From NCBI RefSeq assembly GCF_006345805.1, contig NC_043001.1, positions 103,974,001 through 104,038,000 on the forward strand: DNA of 64,000 nt, written 5' to 3'. The position numbers and the translations under genes were made by a program. Source of the DNA: Octopus sinensis. Its lineage: Eukaryota. Positions 11,332-26,119 of the stretch are shown here, piece after piece. Position 1 is the first letter of the stretch; the number at the start of each line of letters is the position of its first letter. Below the pieces are notes generated by a model. That model searched no databases. It was not told the DNA's origin and saw only the letters and a list, made by a program, of their open reading frames with translations.

Positions 11332-12720
11332 AGCTTTCTTTCCTCTACAATAAATCGGCTGCGTTCTGGTTTGGAGAGAGGTGAGCTCCCAAGTTTAAAA
11401 CGTCCGAGACATATCTTTTGTCACGACGGTGCTCCTTTGACTCAGTCGGAAGTTAAAGGTCCAAACACAATCCTCTGTGGAGGACCTCTAGATACGGACC
11501 GTAAATTTTACCGAAGCCTTAGAAATTATATGAAGTTTGTAAAGTTAAAAAAGCAAAGATGGTTAAGTGTTGATCGGAACGTGGAACATGTGATCAAGGC
11601 GTCTAAATGAGAATGAGGTACACTTCTAAATAATAAAGAACTTCTGGGATCGGCAGCAAAGGTAACGAATGAACAGGGGGAAATCTCAAGACTTAATATT
11701 TAAGAAGGATAGAGTGACGAGCTGGCAGAATCGTTAGCAAACCGGACGAAATGCTGCAAAGCATTTCGAATGTCTTTATGATCTGAGTTCAAATTCTGCC
11801 GAGATCGATTTTGCCTTTCATCCTTTCGGGGGTCAATAGAATAAGTGCCAGTTGAGCCCTGTTATTGCTGACCTCGTATCAAAATTTGAAGCCAATATTT
11901 AGGAAGGAGTTAGACAAGGTTGTGTATTATCGTTTAGCCTAATTAAGCTACACACGAAGAAGATCTTCAGGAAAGCAGAAGACATTTCAAGAATGTTAAT
12001 AGGATGTGAGGACATTAACCACGTTAGATATTCTGGCATTCCTGCCTTATTAACTTCCAGCGTAGGTGACCTCCGGAACTTTGTAACAAGAGTAAATGAC
12101 TGGGGAATACAAAGGAATAATTTATGGTAATCATCAAAAGCCAACAGCCACCAACAAGAAATATTTCAAATGGGAAACAGCCACCAAAGATGATACATGT
12201 GGGATACATGCAATGGTAAAAAGAAGAAATTTAAAGTAAAAATCAAAGGAAGAGTTGGAAGAGAGAATATAAAGCAATATTAATATGAGAAACAGAAAAA
12301 AGGTTATTAAAATGATATCGTTGATTCTAATGTATGGAGATGAAGCGTGGATATTAACAAAAGTATTATCAAATAAATTAGAAGCCTTCTACATGCGAAC
12401 ATACAGAACAATTTTGATAATATGAAGATATAACTCAAAACCTACGGTTTATTGCGAAGAGCGGCAAAAACCAATAGTCATCATCAAAGGGACAAAGCTA
12501 AAATGTTTTAGACACTTAATTAGGGGAAATGGTTTAGGGAGGCTGTTCTCAGAAAGGAAAATTAAGAGGGAAAGAGAAACGCAAAAACCAGGAATTATGA
12601 GGGCGGATAATATTATGAAGTGGATAGATTAAAAATGAGCGCATATATAAGGACAGCACAAAGATACAAGATGGCGTTTCATGGTATGTAACCAGCTGAG
12701 AGTGGAATATGCCTGATGAG
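10050..12720 (+). mobile_element. Old fragmented RTE-clade LINE interrupted by SINEs and microsatellites
   Basis: ILMYGDEAWILTKVLSNKLEAFYMRTYRTIL (about 12325-12420) and KLKCFRHLIRGNGL...KIK (about 12495-12570) are RTE C-terminal motifs. A DAIPVNALK-like motif lies near 10700. The upstream boundary is uncertain. Confidence 0.6.
11717..11895 (+). mobile_element. SINE family S1
   Basis: gacgagctggcagaatcgttagc...gcctttcatcctttcggggg. Confidence 0.8.
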
Positions 12721-13202
12721 CATAATAAGGCATGTGTGTGTGTGTACTATAGCAATACAAACGGATATACATACAAACATATATATTTATATATACTTAT
12801 ACATACATACAAGCACACATGCTCACGCACATACATAGATACACAGACATATGTATATATATGTATATGTATATATGTATGTACGTATGTATGTATAGTA
12901 ACGAGCTAACACATTATTAATAATGGTGAGAATTGTTGAATATTGAATGTAACTATATTAGAACGGAGTAGAATAATTTATCTGATGCTGGTTGAACAAT
13001 TTATCTGACGAAAATACGAAATTATCTGCTGTACTTCCTGTTACATGTAGAGAAGTGATAATATTAGTTTCTATGAGCAAACCGTTTCGAGAAGGCTAAT
13101 TTGGCAGACAAATGGCGACAAGAACTTCCTCGTATAATCCTAACACACGCAGGCATCATTCAACGCATTTTTCTCAGGTTTTCCTGTGAGCGAGAGTTGG
13201 AT

Positions 13203-13233
<31 letters not shown>

Positions 13234-13509
13234 CACGCACGCACACACCCCCACAAACAAACACACACAAACACACACACACACACACAAACACACACAA
13301 ACACACACACACACTCACACACACACACACACACAAACACCTGGTGAATATCTGAAACAAGATGAAAGCGCTAAATAGTTATTCAAAATTCTGATTCCCT
13401 CTCTTAATATATATGTATATTCTTTTATTCTTCTTCTTCATTTATTCTTTCTACTTGTTTCAGTCATTTGACTGCGGCCATGCTGGAGCACCACCTTTAG
13501 TCAAACAAA

Positions 13510-14085
13510 TCGAACAAATCACCGGATTTCGGCTCGAAAAATTAATCCAACAAAGTTCTCAATTCTGCATCAATATTGAACGAAACTCTGCGCATAGCAT
13601 TTGAAAGAGGTCGAAAGAGGTGGAAATCCGTTGGTGCCAAATCAAGCAGGAGAGTACGGCGGGTGTGCCAGCACTTCCCAGCCATGCATCTGAATGGTTC
13701 CTTCGTCATATTGGCGATATGAGGGAGGGCGTTTTCGTGCAGCAGAACATCATGCTGCCGTTTAGGTCTTTTCTCTTGAATAGCCATGTTGAGTCGTTCC
13801 ATTTGTTGAACATAGAATTCCGCGTTGACCGTTTTGTTCTGTTCAAGCAATTCGTAATGGATAATCCCTTCCCAGTCCCATCATAAGCACAACATCGTTT
13901 TACGGTACCGCTTTTTTATCGGGGCTAAGCCATTCTTTAAGCTGCTTCATTTTGATGTACAGGTACCATTTTCCGCCGCTAGTAACGATTCGGTAAGAAA
14001 TCGCTGATTGTCCCCATGAGTTGAGCGGCGATGAACAAGCAAACCAGCGGAGATTGTGGCTCGTTGAATTTTGCTGTTGTCACAT
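13510..14085 (-). pseudogene. Mariner (DD34D-type) transposase remnant
   Basis: RIVTSGGKWYLY (IVTGDEKW-like), TVNAEFYVQQMERL...LLHENALPH and DLAPTDFHLFRPL (YSPDLAPSDFHLF-like), with frameshifts. Confidence 0.85.
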
Positions 14086-14328
14086 TTTAATAGCAATCTC
14101 AAAAGGAATGAAAAATAAAAACTATTACCTTGTTATTTTATTCCGGTCAGACCTAGGTTTCTAAATTTTTTTAGCAAATAAAATAATTAGGTAGGCGAAA
14201 TTTTTCATCAGTGACCGCGCCATAACACTAACATATAATTAAGAGACGATTAACACGTGTCTCTTCGTTATACAATTCGTTTATGGCTCATACCAGACTC
14301 ACTTTAAATTTTGTATAACAGTATAAAC

Positions 14329-15391
14329 GTTGCCATAGTAACGAAGTTAAAGCACGCAGAGTGAAGCCGCTTTGCTGCACAGATTGGCCGTAAACTCTAC
14401 TATGCATGCACACTAAGTGTTAACATTTTAGCTCACTTCCATTATTGACAGAAGTGCTTGGAAGGAAGGTGTGTAGCGTATGATCGTCGCATTGACTATC
14501 AAAGAAAAGGCTGAGCAGAAAATCTGTATCAAATTTTACCAAAAACTTGGCAGTTACCTACTCAGAGGCCTACGCAGAGTCTTCAAAAAGTTTTCAGCGT
14601 TCTCGACACAATCAAAATCTTGTGCAACTTTGATCAGCTGAAAGCAGTTTTGGCACAGTGATAATAAATTAAACCTCTAACTTCTATCACTAACCTCATT
14701 ATATTTTTTATATTTATTGTGTGAGAAAGCTTTATCTCTCAACGAACAATTATTTGATTAAATCACTTAAATACAACTTTAGAATGAGATAACCGTCTTC
14801 GACATGATTTTCATAGCCACATGGCAAACAGGAGCCTTATTCATTTAATTTCATATATTATGATCTAACGAAGACAATTAGGATTTCAAGACGCAAACTC
14901 ACCATTTATAGAACTTTTTTTTCATAATCCCTTTAATATTTATTCTTACTATTATTTTAACACTAACCTTTGATTATTCACGGATGGTGAATCGACAATT
15001 TCCCCTTACAGCTGCACACACATCTGCGATGTATTTCTCAATTCTGCTGGTTGCGAGTCTCCCAGAACTTTCGTCAATATCGACATCGTTTGAAACACCC
15101 GTACACTAGTATGCGTCTCATACACTCCTCTCCATACACTTTCTGCAACTATGCGTAAGCCTCTAAGCAAGTATCGCCATAGCAACTTTCTCTGACATGG
15201 CCAATGCGCAGATCACACGCTACACATGTTCCTTCCAAGCACTGCTGTGAACAGCGGAAGTAAACTAGAAGGCTAAAACTTAGTGCTCATGCACATAGCG
15301 ATCAAGATCGATGTTTGCCAAGCGGTTTCACTCTGCATGCTGTAGCTTCGTTACTATGGCAACAATCCGGATACTTATTAACCAGAGCTCG

Positions 15392-15393
<2 letters not shown>
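14329..15393. mobile_element. Two oppositely oriented mariner-like 5' end fragments
   Basis: gttgccatagtaacgaag...gcagagtgaagccgctt (14329 onward) is mirrored at 15320-15363. The terminus tacgagctctggttaataagtatccgg (minus strand) resembles the TIR at 43151. Confidence 0.6.
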
Positions 15394-15442
<49 letters not shown>

Positions 15443-15459
15443 GTGTGTGTGTGGAGGCA

Positions 15460-15810
15460 CATGATTCCGGGTTCAGTCCCACTACGTGCCACCTTGGGCA
15501 AGTGTCTTCTACTATAGTCTCAAAACTACCAATGCCCTGTGAATGGATTTGGTAGGCTGGAACTGAAAGAAACCTGTGTGCGTGTGTGTGTGTACGTGCG
15601 TGTGCGCGCGTGTGCGCGCGTAATTTTCTCTGTGTCTGTCCCCCACTACCGCCTGAGAGCTGTGCCGGTGTGTTTATGTCTCCGTAAAGACACCGATAGA
15701 ATAAGTACCAGACTTTAAAAAGTAATTCCTGAGGTTGGTTCGTTGGTCTGAAATTCCTCAAGGCGGCACTCCAGCATGGCCGCAGTCTAATGACTTGAAC
15801 AAGCGAAAGA
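15460..15810 (+). mobile_element. CORE-type SINE S2
   Basis: gttcagtcccactacgtgccaccttgggcaagtgtcttctactatag...ccagcatggccgcagtc. Confidence 0.8.
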
Positions 15811-15824
15811 TTAAATGTATGTGT

Positions 15825-15873
<49 letters not shown>

Positions 15874-15958
15874 TACATATATATATATATACACAGACAT
15901 ATATACATATAAGTATATATATACACACATATACACACACATACATACACCCCCCCCC

Positions 15959-16012
<54 letters not shown>

Positions 16013-17079
16013 GTAGTAACTGTAAGTCACACATTAAAAGTGAGGACCCGTTAGACAAAAGGATATCAAATATGTCCGACTGGATCCAGATGAAGTCTGC
16101 AATCAATCTCTTTTATATTTTCAAGTCGGCCTCTCTCCGTTTTTGTTTGTCGAATTAGCAACTGATGAAATATTTTCAGCTCCGTCTCTCCGCGCATTCA
16201 ACGAATCGATAATGTTGCATGCGTTTCGTTTTCTCAATAGTTTCAGATTTCTCACACATATACGCAAACAGACGCACACACACACACACATACAGACACA
16301 CACACACACACACATACAGACACACATACATATATATACATATATATATATGCGTGTGTGTATGAGTGTGTCTGTGTCTGTCTGCTTGTGTTTCCTTTCT
16401 TATTCATTACAAGTCGAGCTTCTAAAGGTTATTTTGCACTTCTTTCTCAATATTATTTCCATTTTATTCTATGATGCCAATTTTATCCCATAACTATTAG
16501 CATATTTATGTCTGCCCATCTTCTATGTTACTCGATATTGACCATAAACAATTGCTGCTTGAGCTCAGGTGCATTGCTTCCTACTTAATGTTCTGGGCTG
16601 TATCTCTTTTACCGTCTTCACGTATAGACACTGAAAACGGAATCAGAATTGTTGTTGGTGCTGTCGCTGTTGTTGCCTAGCCTCAAATCAGCTCCGATCA
16701 AGTATTTCATCTATGACCATCACGTATATTTTCCGACAATTTATCAAATAACCACATATATACTGTGTCTTTTCATATTCAGTATGACATGAGGTAATTT
16801 GTGCGTTATTTCTAGTATGTCAAACGATCACGAAGAGGCACCCTCTTTTGTTCTTCAAATCAGAATAATAATTCTTTGTAATTTTCGAACAAGGCCAGCA
16901 ATTTTCCAGTGGGGTGGGGTAGGGGCAAGTTGATTATATCAGATCCAGGACTTCAATAAACCAGAAGACAATCCTAGAGTGTTAATAGGATGTAAGAACA
17001 TCAAAAACCTTCGATATTTCGGGCAGTACTGTCAGAAGAGTAGTAAATGAATACACTTGAGCACAGCTCTAACATTGCT

Positions 17080-17320
17080 TTCAGATTTTGGTACACGGCC
17101 TCCACTTTTGGCGGGAAGGGAGCAAGTCAATAGCATCGAACCCAGTACTTATTTTATGGACCCTGAAAATAACTGGTACTTATTTTATCGACCACGAAAA
17201 GATGAAAAGCAGAGTCGACCCCGAAAAAATCTGAACTTACAACGTAATGACGGGCGAAATGCCGATAAGCATTTTATATTTTATCTGGCATGCTAACAAT
17301 TCTGCCATCTCTCCGCTTTC
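17080..17320 (-). mobile_element. SINE family S1
   Basis: Reverse complement of S1 (ctggtacttattttatcgacc...gtcgacc). Confidence 0.7.
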
Positions 17321-19706
17321 TGTACACTTCTAATGCTACACCATATTTATTCTGATACAAAATCGATTCTTCATATGGACTACTGCAACTAAATATCACT
17401 AGGGATGATCTACAAATGTGGAACTAAATTATATGAGGAATAATATTATCAATAATATTAGACATTATAAGCACCAACAGAAATGAAAAGGGATCTCTGA
17501 TGTGACTCTCGGTCTGTGAATCTATTACGTAAGCTGTGATCTCATTTATAATTGCAATACAAGAGCCTGCTAATTATTTAATCATTTGCCTTAAATACTT
17601 ATTAAATTTAATTTGATCCAAAGGTTCAAATTATGTATCGAAATAGGTCACTAGCTACATTGGATGATAATATAATGGCGTATCCTTCTAGACCAGGTGA
17701 GTGGCGAATTTTGTTAGGACAGCGAAAAGAGATTATGATTTTTGGTATAAGCAAGCACAGGAACAGGGTTTGGTTGAGGAGTATAGTTGAGTCAGCTGAC
17801 TTCAGTTGTTGACCAGTTCTGTATTTTCTCGACACTGGAAGGATAACAAGAAAAGCTGACAACGGCGAATTCCAGTTCAGAACATAAAGAATCAGAAATC
17901 AATATCAATATTACAAAACATTTTGTCCGAAGCTCTAAAGATTCTGTCAGCTCAACAACGATTGTTTTAAAGAAATCCCAGTAGTTAATTTGATGATATG
18001 AAATGGAATTGTAATCGGCAATTTGTCCTGTTCAGTAGTTTTGCGGGAGTAGGGGCTCACACCTAAGTTACAACAACACTTAGGCCTGAACTAGCTCAGG
18101 ATGCAAGTACGTGTTGGGGGACCCGGTTATGGGTCATATAGAAGAAGATGGTCGTATGACCAAGGTATATAAGAATCGGAGGAGAGTTGGTCCCAAGACA
18201 TGAGTCATATAGGCTTACCGGCGTGGGAACATGTCCTGATGTCATGAATTTGTCTCCTTGCCAAGGAAGAGTTTAAATAAGGTCATTTGCCTCGGGAGTA
18301 CGCTCAGAAATTCAAGAGAAATATGAAGCGTAAATAAACCAATAGTTTCAATTGCTTTCAGCAATTGAAGCTATCGTTATAGCTTTCCGCCATGAATTCT
18401 CTTAAGAGTGGAGTTATGTGATCACTGAAGCCAGCAGGTATGACGCATGGAGGGAATCGGTAATGCAGTCATCTGTAAACTATTGGAGAGGGGATTCGTA
18501 GCCGAATCCCTGGACAAGCAATCAGACATCTCGAGCAAACCATAACAGCTTCATGTGATTGGTTTATTAAGCAGCCAATCAGAGTCGAGCCATCGCATGG
18601 TTCAGTCTTCTAGAATATTCTTCTTGAGCTCTACATAAGAACCGGTTTGTTCAGTAATTAGTTGCAAAACTTTGAGGCAGCTGAACGGCGTGTGTCTCCA
18701 TACTTTAACACATCAAACGGTTCCAGATATTTGCGAAGACATCTTCAGCTTCTGTGACAAACCCAACGAAACATTCACACAATGTCTCATAAGTAACTTA
18801 TTCGAACACGGAATAGTTTTCCATTCTCTCCCAGGATGGAATTACTGTTGTTATTTGTAACAGACCGATGCAGTTGTGGTTTAATGTGCGATAATAAAAT
18901 CTATTGAATGTTCGTGGGTGTTGGTTCAGTTAAGCACCTCTGTATGTACGGTTTCGAGTCTCCTCAATGACACTGACTTTTTTTCTGCCGCATATTTGTG
19001 CTTATAACGTCTCAGAAATATGTATTCCAAAATCAATCTGTCATTTTAGAAATCGTGTAAAATTCCTTGTGTTAAGTATTCAGTTAACCTTTTCCCAATA
19101 ACTTTGCTTCTCAATACGTTTTTTCCTGAGAAAATAATGTTTTAAATACAAATCTCTTTAACAACTGATGTGTATAACTCAGTCAGCTCCACTTTGTTCG
19201 AATAATCCCATAGCATGTAATTAAATGTTTTGGATGCGATCCACACATCCAACATGACGAGTATTCTACGTATCTAATTCATTGGGTCGGAGTGGCGGTC
19301 AATATTAAGAACCCACAGGGGTTTATTGTGAGATATACAGCTGCGTCGATCTGAATATGTTATCATTCCACGGCAGCCGTATTTGGCTTTTGTTTGATTA
19401 ATAAGACCACGTGATTAACCGCAGTCGAGCGTACAAACTGGATACAACTGGAGCTCAACATTAATCTGTTTTCTGGTTTGTCTGAAGGGATACACATCCA
19501 CGTAGATTTGTTGCTGTTGTTGTTGTTGTTTTGTGTTGTCGAGCAAATTCCACCGAGGCCTACTTTGCCTTTCATCCTTGCGAGGTCGATAAAATAAGTA
19601 CCAGTTGAGTACTGGGTTCGATGTAATCGACCTGACAGCTCATCTCCCGAATTGCAAGCCTTACACCGAGATTTAAAACAATATCACGTGCAGCTGCAGC
19701 AGCAGT

Positions 19707-20097
19707 GGAGGCGCAAAGGCCCAATGGTTAGGGCAGCGGATTCGCGGTCGGAGGATCGCGGTTTCGATTCCCAGACCGGGCGTTTGTGTGTGTTTATTGA
19801 GCGAAAACACCTAAAACCTCCACGAGGCTCCGGCAGGGGGTGGGGTGGCAACCCCTGTTGTACTCTTTCGCTCCAACTTTCTCTCAATTTTTCTTCCTGT
19901 TTCTTGTCCCCGACTTCCTACGCAACCGCTGAGCCTGAATGCGCATTCATCCATCCGTCGATGCTCTCGGTGTCGGGGGTTGACCTGCTTTCTCTTCTTC
20001 GAGTCTTACGAATAGCAAAGACCGCGTTTCGGACTTCTCCCACATGACGAAGACCGCTACGCTCAACAGCAACAGCTGCAACAGCAAGAACAACAGC
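19707..20097 (+). mobile_element. GC-rich tRNA-derived SINE (family S4) with a (CAR)n tail
   Basis: The head ggaggcgcaaaggcccaatggttagggcagcgga...ggtttcgattccc carries A and B boxes. The element ends in caacagcaacagc repeats. Confidence 0.7.
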
Positions 20098-20999
20098 AGA
20101 TCCCTCCAGAAAATCACGAGCCAAATCCCCCTCAAATCCCAATCTACGGTGTGTTTTTTTTAATAGCAAGATACATTGTATAATGTAGTCCTAGGTACAT
20201 TATGTCCAATAAAAACACACAGTGTTACTGCTGGAATGCTTTTAGTTCTATGTCTCCTTGGTGGAGCTTAATCTAGGACCGATTAAGGACGATGTAGTAA
20301 TCTGATGAAAAAATATAGAGAGTTACTTTGTGTTTAATTAATAAACAACCGTCAATACATTTCTATGAATAAATTTAATACAGATCAAATATTTCATGTC
20401 TTCAGATCTTCGCCAAAGACATTTCAGCTCATCTTCCTTTATCTGATTTATCTGACGGAGTATTGATGCTTGATCGACCTGCTAGAAACAACAACCAAAT
20501 ATTCTTCTACTGGCTTCTTATATAAAGTCAGTATAGTTTGGAAACTGTAGTGCTAGGTACGTCACGTGATGTCACATGACGGAACAGACTATTGGGTGTT
20601 ATTATATATCGCTAGTTTACAATGCACCTGGCATCGCTTTAGCTTCCGAATGATGCCAACCCGCTGGCAAGGCAAGCAGGCCAACACCTCACCCGATCGG
20701 AAGGCCAGACCGTCGTAGGTTTAGCCATTTACAGCTGAGTAGGGTGGATTAACGTGAAATGAAGTGTGTTGCTCAAGAACATAACGCACCGTTCAGCCTT
20801 TGAATCAAACACACAATGTCATGACCGTGAGTGCAACACATCTGCCCACTAGGCCAGACACCTTAACCCTAGTTATGTAATCCCTGAAAATATTGAAGGG
20901 ATGAAATCTTGAGCACCTTTCATCATAGGTTACTCAGTCAGGTCTGGCCTGGGGGTTAAACAAAGAAAACTGCATCAAACTCCTTCAAGCTCCATCATA

Positions 21000-21545
<546 letters not shown>

Positions 21546-22289
21546 AAAGAATAACAGAATAACAGAATAATAGAATAAAAGAACATCAACTTAGCGTTGA
21601 GGAAGAAGTAGATTTATAGCATGAAGCGAGCGATGCCGATTTCGACTTCCGCCGCCGCCACCGCCGCCGCTTGTCTACACTTAATAACTAAACTTGTATA
21701 TTGTATCCATCTCTCAGTCAATATTGCTTCTTTGTGTTAGCTAGGAGATTGTTGTTTCCAATGTTACGATTCTAATAACTTAAATATGCCAAAAACATGG
21801 AATGTTATCTTGTTCTATAAATACTGTTAATCATCAATATATTCATCGGAGCCTTTGAAATACGATCGTTATATCCCAAGACTGGTTAATATTGTTAGCG
21901 ATATTCCATGCATGATGTTCATTCGACCGATCTATAATATTATCTGTGGATTTACATCTGTTTAACTTCACCTTTGTTTCATGTCATCTATAGAAATTTA
22001 CCGATTCTACATAATACAGCCACATTCGCAGAAACACAAAAACCCACGCATACGCATTCTCATTCACCTATAAACCATGTGTGTGTTTGTCTGTGTGTGT
22101 GTGTGTGAGGGAGAGAGAGAGAGAGAAAGAGAGAGAGAGTGTGTGTGTCTGTGAGAGAGAGAGAGAAAGTATGTGTGTGTGTGTGTTCGTTACACATTTG
22201 AGGTCAAAATAGAATGCACAGCCTGGGGTATGCTCACCATCCAAGATTCTGAACTCGTACCTCAACCCCTATTATTTGAGCAGGCGTAG

Positions 22290-22435
22290 AGTGCTAAACT
22301 GGTACTTATATTATCGACCTCGAAAGGACGAACGGCAAAGTCGACCTCGTCGGAATTTGAACTCAGAACGTAATGACGGACGAACCGCCGCTGAGCATTT
22401 TCCCCAGCGTTCTAACGATTCCGCCAGCTCGCCAT
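22290..22435 (-). mobile_element. SINE family S1
   Basis: ...aaagtcgacctcgtcggaatttgaactcagaacg...gccagctcgcc. Confidence 0.8.
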
Positions 22436-22517
22436 CTTGTACTAGCAGAAAAATAAACGTTCTACTCTTTTCTTATATCTTTCTCATACGGTTTGTGTCG
22501 CATGATGGAAAAAGGCT

Positions 22518-23110
22518 GGTCCTCCGTCGGTTACGACAACGAGGATTCCAATTGAACCGATCAACGGAACTGCCCGCTCGTGAAATTAACGTGCAAGGGA
22601 ATGAGCACTCCAGACACGCGTACCCTTAACATAGTTCTCAGGAATATTCAGCGTGACATAGAATGTGACAAGGTCGATATACGGGTATCACTCATTATTT
22701 ACATTATTTACGTGTGTTCTCATCTTGTTTGTTGTTAACACGACGTTTCGCCTGATATACCCTCCACCCTTCATCAGGTGTCTTGGGAAAATTTCGAACC
22801 TGGGTTCTCATTCCTCATGTATTTTTCCGATGTTATTTGAAATTTTCCCCAAGACACCTGATAAAGGCTGGAGGGTATATCAGCCGAAACGTTTTGTTAA
22901 CAACAAACAAGATGAGGACAAATATCCACCAAATGTAAATAATGTACATAATTCCTCATCTCTCAAATATAGAACAGGTACCACTCATGTTTGCCAACTG
23001 GGTGGACCGGAACAACATAAAACAAAGTATCTTGCTCAAGGGTATAACGTGCCGCCGGAAATCGAACACAACCCCTGACAATTATGAACCGAATACGCTA
23101 ACCACATGCC
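22518..23110 (-). mobile_element. SINE family S3 interrupted by the inverted family C pair
   Basis: The S3 tail is at 22518-22672 and the S3 core and head at 22976-23110. Confidence 0.7.
22692..22975. mobile_element. Head-to-head pair of family C (Penelope-like) repeats, each with an HHR core
   Basis: Minus copy 22692-22834 has an HHR at 22737-22782 with a GUC triplet. Plus copy 22838-22975 has an HHR at 22853-22898 whose core is mutated to CUGAUAA. Confidence 0.8.
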
Positions 23111-23899
23111 TTGTGGTTAAGAAGGAAAATCATTATCAAGTTCGCTGTTATAAGCACTATCACCACCACCGTTATCATCCTCATCATCACCATTATTGAA
23201 TTCCACATGCTACAAAGAAAATTATTTTAAAAATTCCTTTCTGTGTGTTGTTAGTATGTGCTCGGAAAATTTGGAAAAGGTTCATCGATTCCTTTTGATT
23301 CCTAATCGTATTGTTTGTAGGAATAAAAAGAACCGAAGGACACACCGCTCCCCCACCACGTCTCCTTTCGGGTATTCAGGTTTGTTTGCAAAGAGCTTTG
23401 AACATGTTTTAATGAAATTTAAATACGAACATAACGTCAGAAATTAAGACGAAGAAAATGAAGGAATGATAGAACATTAATGAAGAGAAGGAAAAGGTGG
23501 AAAGGGAGAACTGTCCCAACCGTTGAAAGAATGGAGGTGAGAGGTGCAAGCTTGTATTCATTGCTCGTTATAGAGATTAAAGGAAGGGCTGCTATTAACA
23601 ATACCACGACTCGCAATAACCAACAATAAACCCTTCCAGAATCTCTTTCAGTAACGTCAGAATCGGCGCTGCGAGTGATAATGACATGAGCAGAAACACC
23701 TCTACATCTCACATTATGATCAACAGCAACAACGACAGGACTTCGTCTCTATTACCACCATTAATATTAACCACCAACAACGATAATATAGAGAACAACA
23801 GCAGCTCCATCAAAACCATTGTTGGCACAAATAACAAATTCTTCGCAAGAACACTCTCACAAAAGCTGAATGGCAAGAAAAATATGGTCTTTTACCCCA

Positions 23900-25900
23900 C
23901 GCCCGCCAAAAAAAATATGAAACGTTCAAAAGCTAAGGTAGAGCAAGAGTTGTCTTAAAGATATATTAAGGACAAGATTCTTCAGACGATGAAGCAGAAA
24001 TGAAAACTGAAAACTTCACCATCACACGAGCTTCGGAGAAATTGAGCCTCTTCTCAGAGAATATGTGGAATCGAACATTGAAACTAACAATGTGAAGCGT
24101 ACCGCCAGGATTGAACCTAGGCCAGCTGATAATGGCTCTATAGGCATAAAATATTGTAGCCAGTAATAGGTTAAACCCAACCAGTTCAATACAAACTGAT
24201 TAAAGATTGATTTCGAAATGATGTTATTGATAAGGTTTGCAGACATGAAAAGGACTTCTGGCCCCTTTTATTTTAAGACTGGGATGCAGCTGCTGGGGAT
24301 GCTGAAAGGCCCCAAATGTAATTATTATGGAGATTTGAGAGCTTTTTGTCCGCTGGCGAAGGAGGATATGAAGAAGAGAAACTTCACTGTCCAGCTTGCT
24401 ATCATCATAATTCGTACCGCAACAACAGCGAGCACAATCAAACTGACCAGCATTAATAACAACTAGAGTGATGACAACAGAACGGTCAAGACATATCAGG
24501 GTCATCGATGACCAAATCAGCGTCAGACAAGACCAACCATGTACACCGGATTACGGTTCACACCAAGAGGAAGCGGAAAGAAAGAAAATGGAGTCTACGG
24601 AGGATAAAGCTATATATATATATATAGCACTAAACCTCCGAGGCCCTATTGCATCCAGAAGGGACTAAAAGAGCAGCCTTTTCTTGATACCAACACTACA
24701 AACACATCAACAGCAGCAAGAGTTGTAGAATGCCACAGTAGCAGAAAAAGTATTATCAACAACAGCAGTAACAACAACATCAGTGCCGACAACAATGCTT
24801 ACCGGAAGCTCAGTGCATCATTGTCAACGTGCAAAGTTTAACGTCACTAAATTCGCGTATTTGCCAGCTGTTAATGAGTCAACTTTCATCAGGCGGTGAT
24901 GCGACGCTAATCGCCTTATTCTGGTGATTATTATAGAATTGATAGGTTTTACAACGAAGTCACGTTAAAGAGAAATAGACAAGAAGGGTGGCTGCCAGGG
25001 ACTAAATCAAAAATATACGATTAGGTAAAGCGTCGAAACTGAAGTGCTTCTGGCGTTAATAGCTCTCGACTGTTTATTTCTTCAGTGCGAAACATAGATA
25101 CAGTGTTGTCAGAGCTAAGGAGTTTGCTCTTGGACACAGAGAATGCATGCTTTTGCGTAAACCGTTACATGATCGTAGCTGTCAGAGCCATGTCGTGACA
25201 ACGCATAAAGAATTCAGTGTTTGATACACGGGACCGGTGCAAGATGATCGATTCCTGGTAGACTTGTGCGGTTTTTCCTCAGCTTGTCTTTTTGACGAAA
25301 CAGAAGTTCTATGTTGAAAATAGACTATAAAACGAGGCTCCCTTCTATTCTCTGTCATTCGGCAATTCAGCTGCTGGATAACCATCAATAATTTTTCTCC
25401 GCTTAAATTCTCTAGAAGTTGGAGTGAAAGAGCGAACCGAAGACGTACTTACAAAGACTCTAGAAGCTGCGACGAAAATTAGCTGGTTGTTCAGCCCCAG
25501 TGGACTTTTGACTCAAAAGCTGTGAATAATTTATAGAAATTCCTAGTGAGCGGCATTGCAACTCTACATACACGAAAACATGTCAGTGTGAGATACACAT
25601 GAAACAGCGAATTCGTTCTGGTGGCATTCGTTAGGCTGCTAGCATTGCCGACCGGTAGGAGTTTGTTGACTAGCTTTTGTCACGTGTAAGCTTGATCTGG
25701 CTATCGTTTGAACGCATGTTGAATTTCGTTTGTCGTTTGGCCGAGAGATTTGTTGTATCTGGTAGCTATAGCGAAAGAATTTTTTTCCTGGCTAGCGCAA
25801 CTGAGGACAGCCCTATTCCTTAGACTGGAATGGGTGGTGGAAAGGAAGATGTTGTCGTTCTGCAGATTTGACGGGCGATGGAAGTGATAAATGATCTTCT
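23900..25900 (+). mobile_element. Possible highly decayed L1/Tx1-like LINE (ORF1 zinc knuckle and endonuclease traces)
   Basis: GPKCNYYGDLRAFCP resembles a degenerate CCHC knuckle. GVNSSRL...NIDTVLSE near 25050-25115 resembles the N-terminus of an APE endonuclease. The similarity is weak. Confidence 0.3.
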
Positions 25901-26119
25901 CTCCTGTAAGCTGGAAAATTATAACTAGAAAAGAGCAGTTCCTCTTGAGGCAATCCTGGAATTATGAGCGTCCGTAATTAGTTATCGACGATGGTCGTTT
26001 CATCCTTTCGAGGCCGAAGTACCCATTGCACACCACGATAGATGTTATCGACTACCTCCCTCCAACAAAAATTTCAGACATTCTCTCTTTAGTAGAAAGG
26101 GCTATTGTCATTATGAAAG

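Noticed and set aside
12705-12735. CUGAUGAG motif
   Set aside because: No downstream GAAA or stem III. It coincides with the RTE 3' end.
18600-19350. Possible decayed CR1/L2-like fragment on the minus strand (DFGIHISETL)
   Set aside because: The similarity is too faint to call without an HMM search.
19707-19780. tRNA-like sequence (also other SINE heads)
   Set aside because: The acceptor stem is incomplete and the sequence runs into a SINE body, so it is not a tRNA gene.
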